From the NCBI GenBank assembly GCA_951406725.2, contig OX597833.1, positions 34,224,001 to 34,288,000 on the forward strand: DNA of 64,000 nt, given 5' to 3'. Under the pieces are notes generated by a model. The model was not told the DNA's origin. It searched no databases and saw only the letters and a list, made by a program, of their open reading frames with translations. Every line of letters starts with the position of its first letter. The first letter of the stretch is position 1. The stretch is from Octopus vulgaris. Taxonomy: Eukaryota. Position numbers and translations under genes: made by a program. Below, in pieces: positions 62,229 to 64,000 of the stretch.

Positions 62229-63757
62229 CTAGCAGAGATACCCGGCGTTGCCCGTGTCACATGACATTGAAGAATTAAACATTTCTTTTATATTTTCTCT
62301 AATAAACTGGAATTCCCATGATTTGAATTTCATCAAAATTGCAGATGAGGGATTTTAATGAAGGTTCTTTCCCTCTTTACACACCCTAGCAAAAATTCTA
62401 ATCATGATACATTTATCTCACACTACTCATCTTTACGCCCAAATTCCAAAATCCAAATTTTATGGAACCTATTCAAAGGTTTCTGCTCTTGAAAAATGGA
62501 GGTCATGGAGCTCTGAAATGTGGGAGTTAAGGCCCCTATAGGCGGGAGGGGTGTTTTAAGTCAACCAGAGAAGTTGAATTGAGAATCTTTTTAACTTGGG
62601 TCTTATATGTAGTGTTCAAATTTCTTTGAAATCGGAAATATATGTATGTTATCTGGGTTTGTAAAAGAGAGCAAAGCTACAGGAAACTAAAAGACGAATG
62701 ATCACAATAATCAGTCTACTACCTTACCCTAGTCGTTATCACTCCCCAATGTAGGATTCCTCACCATACAGGTGACAGGCACAGCTGTAAGATGCATTAT
62801 AGATCTATAGCAATTGGAAAGGCGTGGGGAAACAAAAGTGTCACCTCTGGAGTTTACCAATGATCACTATACTGATAGGTAACTGGACAGAATAAATTTG
62901 CAATCTATGAATCTCTTTGAATAACCAGTTACTTATCTTGGAAGGCCTTGAAATCAATGTTACCATCTGGGGACTATCTCTGACCCAGAGATAATAAAAA
63001 GACTCAAAGGAGATCTGCAGCCAAATAACTTTATTCAACACTTTGCAACTGAATCAGTGGAGGCAAAGATGCCTCTCCTTTACTTGATAATTTATGCACC
63101 ACATTGCAGAAATCACAATCTAAGTATATTTCAAAGCAAAGTCTTACACTGTTGTACCACTGAATTACAAATAACGCTCATCTTTTATGCTTGGGTGACC
63201 CTACAGCTTCCAAGAGTACAACTGTATTCGTCTTGGCTTAGAAAAAAGGACTAAATTGTGGGTGTTAATTTGAAATTTTAGAATATAACTTCCAAATTTC
63301 ATAAAGATCAATTCAGTAATTTTGAGGTAGTTTTGGATCATAAAAAAAAATGACTAAAATTTGGAGTTAGGGGGTTTTAGAATCCTCATGAGAAGTGGAA
63401 CTTTGGGAATACTTCTTGATGTGTGTCAATTACCTATGGTTGAAATTTCATCAACATCGGAAATTTATGAAATTTAATTGGGGTGGGGGTGGGGGTTCTG
63501 TCCTCTTTTTAAGCCACCTCAAATTCAAACCAAACATACTGCATTATACCTGCCCCTATGCATTGAATCTAAGTTCCAAATATCATAAGGATCCATTCAT
63601 TAATTTTGGTCCATGAAATTGTATGAAACACACAGCATTACCTTTCTCCCTCGGCTTGGATTTTGTGTTCCAAATGTCATTAGGATTGGTGCAGTAGTTT
63701 TCGAGTCTATAAGTAACACACGAACAAATATAAAGACATTGGGTTTTATATAATAGA
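62229..63757 (-). mobile_element. Non-autonomous Helitron (~1.53 kb)
   Basis: Minus strand starts A|TCTATTATATAAAA and ends CGGGCAACGCCGGGTATCTCTGCTAG|T. This gives TC and CTAG termini in an A^T target with no TSD. Confidence 0.85.
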
Positions 63758-64000
63758 TATGAATATGCACATATACATACATGTATATATGTGTGTGTGT
63801 GTGTATTATATAATATTGATAGATGCAATTGAGTGGGCAAACAAAAATATGAGACACAGCCTTGAAGAATTTTTGTTGAATGAATCGACCCCAGAGCTTT
63901 TTTTTATTTTGATAAGCCTAGTGCTTATTCTATCAGTCTCTTTTTGTCAAACCAGTAAGTTATGGGGATGTAAATAAACTAACAGCAGTTGTCAAGCAGT

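Overview
AT-rich eukaryotic genomic DNA, almost certainly from a coleoid cephalopod (Octopus-like), judged from the abundant (TA)n/(CA)n microsatellites and the tRNA-derived SINE families. There is no prokaryotic content, CRISPR array, rRNA or true tRNA. Most of the window is transposable-element debris: three large RTE-type LINE copies plus fragments, a CRE-clade (restriction-like endonuclease) retrotransposon remnant, a decayed Gypsy element carrying a nested solo LTR, Penelope fragments, several mariner (DD34D) and maT (DD37D) copies including a nested pair and one young full-length copy, non-autonomous Helitrons, several fold-back MITEs, and SINEs. No intact TE ORF was found. The best host-gene signal is a cluster of splice sites and small in-phase exons on both strands at about 29.5-33.0 kb, which suggests a divergent gene pair. 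I found no convincing new biological system. The most unusual structures are short inverted duplications mirrored across (TA)n tracts, a fold-back element with an internal TTAGGG array, an RTE family with a PHD-like finger inside its RT, and an unexplained tandem repeat of about 836 bp. All assignments come from manual reading and motif recognition, not database searches.
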